A stretch of DNA of 64,000 bases from the NCBI GenBank assembly GCA_965657355.1, contig CBFHOE010000005.1, forward strand, positions 102,014 to 166,013, written 5' to 3'. Made by a program: the position numbers and the translations under genes. The stretch is from Limisphaerales bacterium (lineage in GTDB: Bacteria; Verrucomicrobiota; Verrucomicrobiia; Limisphaerales; JAJOIW01). Below, piece by piece: positions 29,988 through 40,367 of the stretch. Position 1 is the stretch's first letter. The number at the start of each line of letters is the position of its first letter. The notes below the pieces were generated by a model. It saw nothing but the letters and a program-made list of their open reading frames with translations, searched no databases and had not been told where the DNA came from.

Positions 29988-30998
29988 TTACTCCGTTTCA
30001 ACCTTTGGCTGAAGTTTCGCTATTTTCTGACGCGATTTCTCAGCAAAATCGGATGTGGGGTCTTTTGAGATGGCTTCGTTATAATAGATCAAAGCGGCTT
30101 TGAGGGCGTTCTTTTTTTCATAAAAACGACCAATTAGGAATGCGCCTCTCGACTGTTCATCGCGAAGGACGGCTATGTTTTCAGAAGCCTTTTCTTTCCT
30201 CTCATCCTCTGGAAACATGGCCATAAAATCTTCATACGCCAGGATCGCTTTTTCCGAATGCCCCTGGTCATACTCACCTGACCTCGCTTGGGCAAAGTAG
30301 GCGTTGCCAGCCATGAACAGGGCATTAGCCGCAATTTCTGGCCTATCAAAATATCTAAAGGCAGCTTGTTCATATGCTATGGCAGCGTCCGTAAATTTTT
30401 CCGAGAAACTCAGTAGAAATCCTTCTCTTTTTTCGTGAGATTTACCTATATTTATTTGAGCTTGGGCTGCAAAATCGGTGTATGGGCCGTTTTTAATCAA
30501 CTGCTCGTACATTTTGACGGCTGTTTTTCTGCTTTTGAAAAGAGGAACACGCCCCCAAAATATCCTTTTTCGCTGTCCGTTCATGAATCGGGTGGCGATA
30601 TCAAATTGTTGTTTCAACGCCTCCTCGTAGCGTGAAGATTTTGGATAAATATCGATAAGGACTTGAAATTCGTCAAAAGCCTTTTCGTCCATCTGCCTCA
30701 TCGTCAGGGCGACACCGGAATAAAACTGAGCATCTGGGGCGTAATCTGAAAGAGGCCACACTGCCAATAACCTCTTGGCAGATCTTAATGCCAGGAGTCC
30801 ATCATTCGCCTCAATTGCCAATTTCGTAATCTCGAGTTGATCTTTTGCTCTATCCGCTCTCCAACCAGAATCATCTCCAGGACTGTCGTACCGCCAACCC
30901 TCTCCCGGTGTAAATACAAATGGAGCCGGACACCATTCCGTTGCAGAAAGGAATACCAATAAGATGAAAAGGGATTTTCTCCACGCCCAATATCTCAT
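29988..30998 (-). CDS. bamD: Outer membrane protein assembly factor BamD (TPR)
   Basis: TPR repeats, YDQGHSEKAI..F..MFP, IGRFYEK..AALIYY. Confidence 0.85.
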   Translation of the reverse strand: MRYWAWRKSLFILLVFLSATEWCPAPFVFTPGEGWRYDSPGDDSGWRADRAKDQLEITKLAIEANDGLLALRSAKRLLAVWPLSDYAPDAQFYSGVALTMRQMDEKAFDEFQVLIDIYPKSSRYEEALKQQFDIATRFMNGQRKRIFWGRVPLFKSRKTAVKMYEQLIKNGPYTDFAAQAQINIGKSHEKREGFLLSFSEKFTDAAIAYEQAAFRYFDRPEIAANALFMAGNAYFAQARSGEYDQGHSEKAILAYEDFMAMFPEDERKEKASENIAVLRDEQSRGAFLIGRFYEKKNALKAALIYYNEAISKDPTSDFAEKSRQKIAKLQPKVETE

Positions 30999-31134
30999 GT
31001 TGTTAGGCTATCTGTGAGATTATGATACGTCAAGATTGCCCGTATATGCCCTGTGGACAATCCCTTTAATTTAGAACTCCCGACATAAGTTTCCTTGATA
31101 CAATGGAAAGAATCTCCATATTATCGGTTAGTTT

Positions 31135-32124
31135 ATGAGTAAAGAGACCATAAAAGTGGCAGTTACAGGGGCTGCGGGACAAATAGGTTATTCCCTCCTT
31201 TTTCGCATTGCGAGTGGTGAAGTTTTTGGCCCCGATCAAAAGGTGGCGCTGCACCTACTTGAGATAGAACCAGCCATGAAAGCACTCGAAGGCGTGGTTA
31301 TGGAATTAGATGATTGTGCCTTCCCTTTAGTCGAGTATATACGACCAACCAGCGACCTTAACCAAGGCTTTGATGGAGTTAATTGGGCTTTATTAGTAGG
31401 AAGTGTTCCTCGTAAGGCGGGTATGGAAAGAAAAGACCTCCTGGGGATCAACGGGAAAATATTTGTTGGTCAAGGGCAAGCCATCCAAAATAATGGAGCT
31501 TCAGATGTGAGGACTCTGGTTGTTGGCAATCCTTGCAATACGAATTGTTTGATTGCCATGAGCAATGCGCCTGATGTTCCTAGAGACCGATGGTTTGCCA
31601 TGACTCGTCTTGATGAAAACAGAGCAAAGACTCAACTGGCACAAAAAGCGGGAGTTCCTGTGAGTAAAGTTACGAATATGACTATTTGGGGAAACCACTC
31701 CGCTACACAATATCCAGATTTTTATAACGCCAAAGTCAATGGAGCCGCTGGAGACCAGGCCATTTCCGACTTAAACTGGCTGCAAGGAGATTTTATCAGC
31801 ACTGTTCAAAAACGGGGCGCCGCAATTATCCAAGCACGGGGGGCATCTAGCGCTGCCAGTGCCGCAAATGCAGCCATAGACTCAGTTAAATCCATAATCA
31901 GACCTACCGCGGGGGGAGATTGGCATAGCGTAGCCCTTTGTTCGGATGGGTCATATGGAGTTGAACCAGGCATTATTAGCTCGTTCCCAACCCGGAACGT
32001 AGCTGGAAATCTTGAGGTTGTTCAAGGTGTGTCCATCAATGACTTTAGCAGAGAGAAAATTGACGCCTCGGTAGCCGAGCTCAAGGAGGAAAAGAGCATG
32101 CTCTCGGACTTGATCCCGAACTAA
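31135..32124 (+). CDS. mdh: Malate dehydrogenase (type 2)
   Basis: [64 protein letters not shown]. Confidence 0.97.
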   Translation: MSKETIKVAVTGAAGQIGYSLLFRIASGEVFGPDQKVALHLLEIEPAMKALEGVVMELDDCAFPLVEYIRPTSDLNQGFDGVNWALLVGSVPRKAGMERKDLLGINGKIFVGQGQAIQNNGASDVRTLVVGNPCNTNCLIAMSNAPDVPRDRWFAMTRLDENRAKTQLAQKAGVPVSKVTNMTIWGNHSATQYPDFYNAKVNGAAGDQAISDLNWLQGDFISTVQKRGAAIIQARGASSAASAANAAIDSVKSIIRPTAGGDWHSVALCSDGSYGVEPGIISSFPTRNVAGNLEVVQGVSINDFSREKIDASVAELKEEKSMLSDLIPN

Positions 32125-32144
32125 AAGGTAATTTAAGGAATAGA

Positions 32145-32179
32145 AAATGGCCCTGTAGAGAAATTCTACAGGGCCATTT
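32145..32179. terminator. Bidirectional intrinsic terminator between convergent genes
   Basis: AAATGGCCCTGTAGA-GAAAT-TCTACAGGGCCATTT perfect 15-bp stem with A/T flanks. Confidence 0.85.
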
Positions 32180-32199
32180 CTGTTATTTTCTTTGGTAAA

Positions 32200-32631
32200 T
32201 TAAGCAAAAGCTGGGTTGAAAGCAATCTCCACGTATTTACCGTGGACAATATCAGTTTGAATATCTGACAGCTTTTCCATCAAGCCGGAATCCAAAACAT
32301 GTGATTTTGCTTCCATGTATAGTTTTTCTACTTCCGTTGTTTTGAGCTCACGGGCTTGCCTCTGGTCAGCGTTTAATCCTACTTGAGTTGAATTCACGAG
32401 CAAAGACACGCTTTTGTTTGCAAATTTTAATGCCAAAAGGGCATACCTTTCACAATCCTGTAAATTAGGAAATAAATAATGTATTTGCATTTCCTCCAGC
32501 ATTTTCTCGCGTGCCATTTCCCGCTCTGAGTCGGACCAATGTGGCCATTCGTTTACAAGTTTATCAGACGCAATCCTCGCATACTCAAAAGCCGCTTCAC
32601 ACAAAATATCGCAATCATTTTGGCTTCTCAT
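32200..32631 (-). CDS. Hypothetical protein
   Basis: 143-aa helical ORF filling the gap between mdh and deoC and ending at the terminator. Confidence 0.7.
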   Translation of the reverse strand: MRSQNDCDILCEAAFEYARIASDKLVNEWPHWSDSEREMAREKMLEEMQIHYLFPNLQDCERYALLALKFANKSVSLLVNSTQVGLNADQRQARELKTTEVEKLYMEAKSHVLDSGLMEKLSDIQTDIVHGKYVEIAFNPAFA

Positions 32632-32725
32632 AACTATGCAATTATCGACAGTTATTTTCTAATCTTGATAATAATATTCAGTGCTTTTTATTACAGAGGA
32701 TGCGTGATTTCATAGACCCGTCAGT

Positions 32726-33472
32726 ATGAACAATTTAAGAAGTGAATTAGCAGGTATAATCGACCACACTTTACTTTATCCATATGCCAAAGCGGATGAT
32801 ATTGAGACACTTTGCCGCGAAGCTATGGATTACGGATTTTTCAGCGTATGCGTTCACGGGTGTTGGGTGCAACTTGCTTCTTCAGCATTAGAGGGCACTG
32901 ATGTGCAAGTGTGCGCGGTTGTTGGTTTTCCTCTGGGATGCTCTGATCCAGATGTTAAGCGATACGAGACAGAAGTGGCCGTCGATGAGGGCGCACAAGA
33001 GATAGACGTGGTTCTCAATATCGGCTGGTTAAAAAACGGACAACATGAACTTGTTCACAGGGAATTAAGAGATGTGGTCGAAGCAGCAGATGAAAGGAAG
33101 GTCAAAGTCATCATCGAAACCTGTTACCTTTCCGATGAGGAAAAAAAACTAGCCTGTAAAATTGTAAATGATTCAGGAGCGCATTTTGTCAAAACCTCGA
33201 CCGGGTTTGGTAAAGGGGGGGCAACTCAGGAAGATATACAACTTATTTCCAAACTTGTCGGGAAAAAGCTCGGAGTCAAAGCCTCTGGTGGGATAAGGAC
33301 CACCAAAACAGCACTGGAGATGATTCAAGCAGGAGCCAGCAGACTGGGCTTGTCTTCAAGCATTCAGGTTGTTGAAGGCCTTTCGGATCCTGACATACAG
33401 GCATGGTTGCAACAATTGGCTATTATTAAAAAATCATCAGAAAAAAACCCGAGTCCGGAGAATCAGGTTTAA
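32726..33472 (+). CDS. deoC: Deoxyribose-phosphate aldolase
   Basis: IDHTLL, VVGFPLG, EIDVV, KVIIET, FVKTSTGF, VKASGGIR. Confidence 0.96.
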   Translation: MNNLRSELAGIIDHTLLYPYAKADDIETLCREAMDYGFFSVCVHGCWVQLASSALEGTDVQVCAVVGFPLGCSDPDVKRYETEVAVDEGAQEIDVVLNIGWLKNGQHELVHRELRDVVEAADERKVKVIIETCYLSDEEKKLACKIVNDSGAHFVKTSTGFGKGGATQEDIQLISKLVGKKLGVKASGGIRTTKTALEMIQAGASRLGLSSSIQVVEGLSDPDIQAWLQQLAIIKKSSEKNPSPENQV

Positions 33473-33504
33473 TCGCCTTGTCAGAAGATTGAGTTCTCAA
33501 TCCT

Positions 33505-34977
33505 CTATGGGAAAATGCCCATTGTTTCATAAGCACGCGCCACTTTATTGATAGCAAAATAGAAAGAGGAGGTTCTCATACAGGGGAGGTCGTTGGATTT
33601 CCAATCTTCAACAATATGATTGAAAGCTCTCACCATAGTGTCCTCAAGAGCTGCTAAGACATAATCGACCTCCTTAGCACTATCTGCAAAATCCTGAAGT
33701 TGGCCTGGTTCAAATTGCTTTTGTGTGAGTGATTCTACAGCAGTCAATAAGCGGTGGTTATTGATTGATTGCTGTCGGCTTGTCATACGATCAAAACTCA
33801 CATGAAACAAATTTTTCAACCATTCGAAGTAGGACACAGTCACACCACCTGCATTAAGGAACAAGTCAGGAATGATCAATTTCCCATTAGCCAAGAGAAT
33901 AGCCTCTCCGCTCGAAGTTGTTGGCCCGTTCGCTGCTTCGGCTATGATTTTTGCCTTTATATCGGGCGCGTTAACATCTGTGATCTGATTTTCCAGTGCA
34001 GCAGGTACCAATATATCGCAAGGATAGGTGAGGAGATCACTAGATTGCTTTATAAATTGTGCTCCAGGGAAATTTTCGATAGTTCCATTTTCTTTTCTAA
34101 ACTTCAAAAGAGCTTTGACGTCCAGCCCATCTGGGAGGTAAACCCCACCCTCTCTTTCGGCAACTCCTACAATTTTTGCATCTCCCCGTTCTTGCAAAAA
34201 AAGACCTGCATGGTAGCCCACATTTCCCAATCCTTGCAGAATGACTGATTTACCACCAATACCCGGGTTTAGACCTAGTTTGTTTATAATCCACTTATTG
34301 CGAAGCGATTCTCTAATACCGAAATAGACACCCAAACCAGTGGCCTCTTGACGACCCGGTATTCCGTGCAGTGAAAGAGGCTTCCCTGTCACAGCCCCAA
34401 AGGCAGCTAACTGGGAGGGATTGAGCGCGACATAAGTATCAGCCATCCATGCCATTTCCTGAGCACCCGTGCCATAATCTGGCGCAGGAACATCAACTTC
34501 TGGACCAATAAAATTCTTTTTAGCCAATTCAGCGGTCAGTCTCCTGACAACTCGCTGCTTAAAAGTTTTATTCATAGTGTGCGGATTTACGCAGACACCA
34601 CCTTTTGCGCCACCGAAGGGAACATCGACCAATGCACATTTGTACGTCATGAGCGTCGCTAGAGCGATCGTTTCATTCGCACAAACTGTTTCACTGAATC
34701 TAATCCCACCTTTTGTGGGTAGTCGATGGTGACTATGTTGCGCTCGGTAAGCTTTGATGACTTCAATCTCTCCATCCTCTCGCTCGACCGGAAAATTCAT
34801 CGTGTAAAGGCTATTACACTGCTTCACCTGGTTGAGTAAGCCAGGTGGAAAACCCGTAAATGCCGAAGCTTTATCAAAATAGTATTCAACAGATTTTAAG
34901 AATACGTTGTCATCATGCAATTGTCCTTGCTTCTTTTCTGAGTTCATAAAGCTGAATGCCTGAGATTGTATACTCAA
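33505..34977 (-). CDS. gdhA: Glu/Leu/Phe/Val dehydrogenase (glutamate dehydrogenase); true start may be the ATG of MNSEKK
   Basis: PTKGGIR, MTYKCA, PFGGAKGG, DVPAPD, VTGKP, ATGLG, QGLGNVG, EAANGP, NAGGVTVSYFEW. Confidence 0.95.
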   Translation of the reverse strand: MSIQSQAFSFMNSEKKQGQLHDDNVFLKSVEYYFDKASAFTGFPPGLLNQVKQCNSLYTMNFPVEREDGEIEVIKAYRAQHSHHRLPTKGGIRFSETVCANETIALATLMTYKCALVDVPFGGAKGGVCVNPHTMNKTFKQRVVRRLTAELAKKNFIGPEVDVPAPDYGTGAQEMAWMADTYVALNPSQLAAFGAVTGKPLSLHGIPGRQEATGLGVYFGIRESLRNKWIINKLGLNPGIGGKSVILQGLGNVGYHAGLFLQERGDAKIVGVAEREGGVYLPDGLDVKALLKFRKENGTIENFPGAQFIKQSSDLLTYPCDILVPAALENQITDVNAPDIKAKIIAEAANGPTTSSGEAILLANGKLIIPDLFLNAGGVTVSYFEWLKNLFHVSFDRMTSRQQSINNHRLLTAVESLTQKQFEPGQLQDFADSAKEVDYVLAALEDTMVRAFNHIVEDWKSNDLPCMRTSSFYFAINKVARAYETMGIFP

Positions 34978-35141
34978 TCAGATAATTTTGCACATTATCC
35001 ACCTAAAAAATTTCGGATTTTTGAAACATACTTCTTGGATAACTACTTAGGTATTCTCTACTAAAATTTTTTTGTAAAAATTTTTAAAGAGCCAACCCCG
35101 TAAGACAGCCCATGTCGCACCCCTCGAGGTAAAGTGTTCCC

Positions 35142-35372
35142 ATGAGTATGAAGGAAAACTTATGCACACAACTCGAATTTAACATGGGACCCGAAGATTC
35201 TGAGCTTTTGAGCAACCAAAGAAAGACGGTGGCATCAAAAAAAATATTTGATCGCATTCGAGAAATCGTTGCGAAGACTGAGGCAAAGCCATCTGCCTGG
35301 AAAGAAAGAGAACTACCGAGTAGCGAATGGTCCATATACGCGGACATGAAGAGGTTTGAAGTCGTCGGTTAA
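35142..35372 (+). CDS. Possible small protein with N-terminal QLEF motif
   Basis: 76-aa ORF occupying the gap upstream of gdhA; overlaps the convergent gene by 60 nt. Confidence 0.4.
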   Translation: MSMKENLCTQLEFNMGPEDSELLSNQRKTVASKKIFDRIREIVAKTEAKPSAWKERELPSSEWSIYADMKRFEVVG

Positions 35373-36512
35373 CCAACCTTCTTTGACTGGAACTTCTTGA
35401 GAATCGTTAAGACGAAGGACCGACGCGGGGCAGGTGGTTTCTGATTCAGCCCAAGCATCAAGACGTATAGAATAGGTCTGAGGAAAATTGGTAGTATTGA
35501 CGGCTAAAAGATAAAGCCCTGGTTTAAATTTTCCGGAGGGTCTGCCGGGCTGAACTTCAAAAAATCGGGCAGTGACCGAGCTCATCCCAAATTCATTAAA
35601 CCTTTTAGAAAAGTCACCATATTTTTGTCTGAAGCCAACCCATGGTCGCTGCCCCATTAAGATCTCTTGGTATTTCTTAATTTTCTCAACCACAACCTGA
35701 GTTGATGCCCAAAGTGCCGGATGTTCCGGTAGAAACCAGTTTCCGGATTTATAAGAGAAAAATATAATTCCCTCTGCACCCTGAGCTATGGCATCGAAAA
35801 CCATGGCGTTTAATTCTGCAAAACTTGGAGACCGAGGAACAAAATCCTGAGTGATGACATCTGGAAAAGCTTCCCAGGAGAATGCCTGAACAATGGCATA
35901 TACTGGTCTGCCTGGGCCTGCTGCTAATTTACCCATTCTTACATGATGACCTAGATCCCCTACTCCTCTCCATGGTATGGGATAGCGGTCTACCATTATA
36001 TGGTCGGCGAATTCTTGATAAAAATCGAGTTTATCGGTTCTCCAGCTTGTTATACTGAGTGGCTTAGATACTCCAATCGATTTTAATTGATTCATTGCCT
36101 GATGAATCAGAAGAGGATCAATATTATTGAAAGCTGGCTCATCCACAAGATACCAGGAATGAAGGGAGGGGTGAGAATCAAACTCGAAAATGGCTTGATC
36201 GAAATTTCCAACTGAATCTTTTGATGTGTATTGAATCCCGCAAGTTGAGATGAAATTCATTCCCAAATCTCCAGCAGCCTCCAATCTTTCTGAGTTTACA
36301 GAGCTAACAATAGTATTAAATCCAAGACTGTTTAAATATTCATAATCTTTAGGGTCATGCATCCCAAACATACCGACGAGCATTTCTTTTTCACTTACTT
36401 TTTTCGACTGCAATACATCTTTGGGTGATTCCAAATCTTTGTTTATCACAATGCACTTCGAGAGCAGAGCGCCTATAAAAACAAAGCCGAATATTATTCT
36501 AAATAAATGCAT
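35313..36512 (-). CDS. Putative glycoside hydrolase-like TIM-barrel protein, membrane-anchored
   Basis: LGFNTI, SWYLVDEP, IMVDRYP, AIVQAF, AIAQGAEGIIFFSY followed by a beta-sandwich; N-terminal TM. Confidence 0.7.
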   Translation of the reverse strand: MHLFRIIFGFVFIGALLSKCIVINKDLESPKDVLQSKKVSEKEMLVGMFGMHDPKDYEYLNSLGFNTIVSSVNSERLEAAGDLGMNFISTCGIQYTSKDSVGNFDQAIFEFDSHPSLHSWYLVDEPAFNNIDPLLIHQAMNQLKSIGVSKPLSITSWRTDKLDFYQEFADHIMVDRYPIPWRGVGDLGHHVRMGKLAAGPGRPVYAIVQAFSWEAFPDVITQDFVPRSPSFAELNAMVFDAIAQGAEGIIFFSYKSGNWFLPEHPALWASTQVVVEKIKKYQEILMGQRPWVGFRQKYGDFSKRFNEFGMSSVTARFFEVQPGRPSGKFKPGLYLLAVNTTNFPQTYSIRLDAWAESETTCPASVLRLNDSQEVPVKEGWLTDDFKPLHVRVYGPFATR

Positions 36513-36533
36513 TATTGGATTGGTGCCAGTAAC

Positions 36534-38726
36534 TCATGCGCGCCTCGCAGTGCACACAAGAACGCAACAAATCATAACAAAAAGGTGCGTGATCGAGTAA
36601 ACTTGAAATGGAAAATCGAATTTTGCATGGCCCAAACATCCAAGCAGAGAAATCATCATTAAAGCATAAAAGGGAAAAGATTGGTGGATACCTGAACCAA
36701 TCAGCCAATGAACGAAAACTATCAAAACCATTAGGGCAACAACGGATGAGCCAACAATCCCATAGGTGGTCAATGTTTCAAGGAAATCATCATGAACGTA
36801 ACCATGCCAAGTCTGGTACGAATTCTCCAAATACATTTTGTTAACCGTGAAAAATGATCCCGGCCCTGTGCCGAACAATGGGAAGTCTTCATAAATTTTC
36901 CAAGCGACATTGAAGATCTCATTTCTTCCACTGGAACTTTGGTTGATAGTATCAAAAAAACTGTCTCCTGTGAAATCCCCTTTAAATATTAATCCACTCT
37001 GTTCGGGTTTTTCACTTAAAGTCTCAGCGAGCTCAATATCAGTTGGGGTGAGGGCTTTGTTGTATACTTCTGTGGATTGTATGTAGCCACCCTGCCCACT
37101 ACCGGAAAAACCGACACCATTACGGAGAAATTTAATCCCTGTTTTTGAACCCCATAAAGGAGCCATACCATTTGTCCTCTCAAGTGGTTGGATCAAATCC
37201 CCGTTCACATAAATTTCCAAACCGTCTTTTTTCACCCACTGGAGTTCGGTATCTTTGCCTTGGTAGTTGGCAACAAAATTAGTGACCGTACTCATTCTCC
37301 AGTCACTAGCTGTCTTCCCCTTAAGTCGGATGTTCAAATGTCCATTAGAGCCTATCCATGCTTCCAGAGTATTTGCAGTATTCGGGGGCGTCTCAATCGG
37401 ACTCAACAACTGAAGGTAGTAGTTTTTCTTTTTCTCAGATTCGGGAATATTAATGGATGTTTTCACAGTCACTTCATTGGAGTATGTCTCCTTTGCTGAA
37501 GTGGAAAACATTGTGTTTGGTCGAAATAATCTTTTTTCGAGCGTGTCCCAGCCGAGCCATCCACCGAATCCAACAATACCTGCGAAAAGAATTAAGATTC
37601 CTGATTTGACCATGAAGGAGGTTCTTTTCGAGAAAAACAAAAATAAAAGCACTGAAGCAAATGTGCCTATGAGAGAAATCAAAACACCTCCTCGGCTAGT
37701 AGCGATAAGCGGCGAAATAGCGATGATAATACCAAGGGGTAATAAAACGACATGAGCCCCCTGGCCTAAGCGAGCAGTTCGTTTGAAATTTTCTTTAAAA
37801 GCGGAAGAGGCAGCCCACCAAAACCCCAAACAAACAGGCCAAGCTAAGTTTAAATACTGAGCTGCGTTACTTCTATAGGCATAAGGCCCAAACTGGGATT
37901 GGTTTGTTTTATTAAATGGAGGCTCAACTAACCATAGTAATTTGTTCCCCCCATCAAATCGTTGGATGATAGAGACAAGCGACAGGAGCGCTGCATTTCC
38001 AGCAAGAAACCATAGTAGAATTTTGAGTCTGTCCGGAATATATAGTGGATCTTTATTTCTATTCGAGATGCCAGCGCGTACGTCATCATCCTTTCCTCTT
38101 TTGGCATGGCGTTCTTTTCTGGTTTTCCCCAAGACCCAATCTCTGGTTCCCCAAAAAAAACATGCCAATGCCAAGGTTGAAAAAAATGACGCCCATGAGG
38201 CGGTTTGATTGTAGCTATGTGGCAACCAATCTATGTAGTTGTCAATATAATCCCATAGTCCTTGAGATGGGTAGTAATGAACTCTGGCGTTAATGGCACT
38301 CGTCGCGCAAAAGAGCAGAATAAAAACTGTGAGAATGGCCAGCAGAGTCATTAATATTTTAGATACTCTTGTTCTCCAAGACGGTTCAATATCGGAGAAC
38401 CCCCAGCGATGCGGCACATACTTAAACTTGTATCGAACAATCCATTTTCCAATAAAAAGGGCGCCAATCAGAAAACCAAAAATATTCATGGTATTGATCG
38501 CCCAGTCGACTGTAGTACCCAAAGCCCATGGAGCGAAAATAACTGAGATGCAAATAAGAATCTGGGTTAGCCTATCGAAGAAATCGAAGGCGGGTGGTGT
38601 TCGGGCCCACCCATTTTCAGGGAACCGGATAGTCTCTCCCTGCCTTTTTTTAGAATCGGATCGCCTTCTTCGTTTAGATTCATTTTGCGGGGTATTGTCC
38701 GGTACAAGATCGTCCATGCCATACAA
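36534..38726 (-). CDS. O-antigen ligase (Wzy_C)-family membrane protein with an inserted beta-rich periplasmic domain
   Basis: Multiple TMs, FGPYAYRSN, TSRGG, R..I..PLFGTGPGSF, HDDFLE, H..FDFPFQ. Confidence 0.85.
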   Translation of the reverse strand: MYGMDDLVPDNTPQNESKRRRRSDSKKRQGETIRFPENGWARTPPAFDFFDRLTQILICISVIFAPWALGTTVDWAINTMNIFGFLIGALFIGKWIVRYKFKYVPHRWGFSDIEPSWRTRVSKILMTLLAILTVFILLFCATSAINARVHYYPSQGLWDYIDNYIDWLPHSYNQTASWASFFSTLALACFFWGTRDWVLGKTRKERHAKRGKDDDVRAGISNRNKDPLYIPDRLKILLWFLAGNAALLSLVSIIQRFDGGNKLLWLVEPPFNKTNQSQFGPYAYRSNAAQYLNLAWPVCLGFWWAASSAFKENFKRTARLGQGAHVVLLPLGIIIAISPLIATSRGGVLISLIGTFASVLLFLFFSKRTSFMVKSGILILFAGIVGFGGWLGWDTLEKRLFRPNTMFSTSAKETYSNEVTVKTSINIPESEKKKNYYLQLLSPIETPPNTANTLEAWIGSNGHLNIRLKGKTASDWRMSTVTNFVANYQGKDTELQWVKKDGLEIYVNGDLIQPLERTNGMAPLWGSKTGIKFLRNGVGFSGSGQGGYIQSTEVYNKALTPTDIELAETLSEKPEQSGLIFKGDFTGDSFFDTINQSSSGRNEIFNVAWKIYEDFPLFGTGPGSFFTVNKMYLENSYQTWHGYVHDDFLETLTTYGIVGSSVVALMVLIVFVHWLIGSGIHQSFPFYALMMISLLGCLGHAKFDFPFQVYSITHLFVMICCVLVCTARRA

Positions 38727-38815
38727 GCAAAAGAGAAACCAAGGAATATCTCAAGTAATTAAAAGGTGAATTCTAGAAAAAATTGTGCTAACAAAAAGAT
38801 AAAAGGTATCAAAAA

Positions 38816-39298
38816 TTGAGCGCAAAAATAGGAATTATTATGGGAAGTGACTCGGATTGGCCAACAATGAAGCCAGCCGCTCAAATTTGTCAGGAATTTC
38901 AAACTGAATATGAAGCGAAGGTCGTATCAGCCCACCGAACCCCAGATGACATGGCTGAATACGCCAAAACTGCTCAGTCTCGAGGACTTAAAGTCATTAT
39001 AGCTGGAGCTGGAGGTGCCGCACATCTCCCCGGAATGGTGGCAAGCTACACAACCTTGCCTGTCATTGGTGTCCCTGTGCGATCAACGGCTTTAAGCGGA
39101 GTAGATTCGATCCTCTCTATTGTCCAAATGCCTGCCGGCGTCCCAGTCGCCACGGTAGCTATTGGCAATGGTAAAAACGCTGGTTTGCTAGCTTTGAGAA
39201 TTCTCTCGGTCACAGACTCCGAAATCCAAACAAAGCTCAAGGTTTTTATGGATAACCAGGCGAAAGAATCGCGGCTCAAGAGTGATAATCTCAAATAA
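38816..39298 (+). CDS. purE: N5-CAIR mutase
   Basis: [42 protein letters not shown]. Confidence 0.98.
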   Translation: MSAKIGIIMGSDSDWPTMKPAAQICQEFQTEYEAKVVSAHRTPDDMAEYAKTAQSRGLKVIIAGAGGAAHLPGMVASYTTLPVIGVPVRSTALSGVDSILSIVQMPAGVPVATVAIGNGKNAGLLALRILSVTDSEIQTKLKVFMDNQAKESRLKSDNLK

Positions 39299-39375
39299 AA
39301 ACGACCTAGTATTTCATAGGCCGTTTGGTCTGGTTTATTTTTGAAAAATTATCAAACTGAGTTGGAACTACGAAG

Positions 39376-40332
39376 TTACAGTTCTCCTCGTTTCGTCAAA
39401 TAATCTCTGAACCAGTCAACGGTGAGTTCGAGCCCCTTTTCGAGCCCCACGGTTGGTTCCCATCCAAATATTTCTTTTGCTCTTGTGTTATCTGCATACA
39501 TTCTCCAAATCTCAGTAGGCCTATATGGGATTTCACCAATCTTCAGTTCAGATTTGGTCTGAGTAATTTCTGCAATCTTCACGACTAAATCCTTAATGGC
39601 GATTTCTTCAGCAGCGGCGATGTTTATTGGCTCGTCCTCCTTACCTTGGTGCAAGGCCGCCTTTATTAAGCCATCCACAATATCCGAAACGTAGTTGAAC
39701 TCACGAGTTTGCTCCCCTTTCGTTGTCAGAATGGGTTTCCCTTTCAAACAATTGATGATCAGTTCAGGAATAACAGCTTTGCTCGATTGATACGGACCAA
39801 AAACATTGAATGGTCTGCATATGATAATAGGGATCGAATCAGCCATTCTTTGTTTAAGCCGGCAATACAATTCTCCAGAATACTTAGTAATAGCGTATGG
39901 AGAAATTGGATCTGGTCTCATTGTTTCGATAAAGGGAACTGACTCCTGATGCCCATAGACCTCTGATGTGGACATGTAGATGAATTTTTCAACACCGTGG
40001 CAGCAATCTAGAAGATTAGCCGTTCCTTTGGCATTTACATCGAAGCATTCCTCGACTTGGACAAAACTGTGGCCAACGTGATTATAGGCAGCGAGGTGAA
40101 ACACAATATCAGGTTTGAATTCATCGATGCCGATTTGAATAGCTCCTCGATTTCTCAAGTCAGCTTCTATAACACGTATGTCATCCCAACAATGAGCAAG
40201 CCGCTCATTCTTTACAACATTGCCATACCTGACCGTCACACCGACTTCAGCGCCGTCAGCCATGAGTCTATTGACGAGGTGGCTAGGAATGAATCCGCTG
40301 CCGCCTGTCACTAATACTTTCTTTCCTTTCAT
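39376..40332 (-). CDS. NAD-dependent nucleotide-sugar epimerase/dehydratase
   Basis: VTGGSGFIPSH, HLAA, STSEVYG, SPYAITK, RPFNVFGP, TREFNYV. Confidence 0.93.
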   Translation of the reverse strand: MKGKKVLVTGGSGFIPSHLVNRLMADGAEVGVTVRYGNVVKNERLAHCWDDIRVIEADLRNRGAIQIGIDEFKPDIVFHLAAYNHVGHSFVQVEECFDVNAKGTANLLDCCHGVEKFIYMSTSEVYGHQESVPFIETMRPDPISPYAITKYSGELYCRLKQRMADSIPIIICRPFNVFGPYQSSKAVIPELIINCLKGKPILTTKGEQTREFNYVSDIVDGLIKAALHQGKEDEPINIAAAEEIAIKDLVVKIAEITQTKSELKIGEIPYRPTEIWRMYADNTRAKEIFGWEPTVGLEKGLELTVDWFRDYLTKRGEL

Positions 40333-40367
40333 AAAATAAATTATAAATTTAAATTTTTGAGTTTCTC

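Noticed and set aside
33769..34248. 159-aa ORF antisense to gdhA
   Set aside because: Lies wholly inside a conserved gene and has no recognisable domain; typical shadow ORF.
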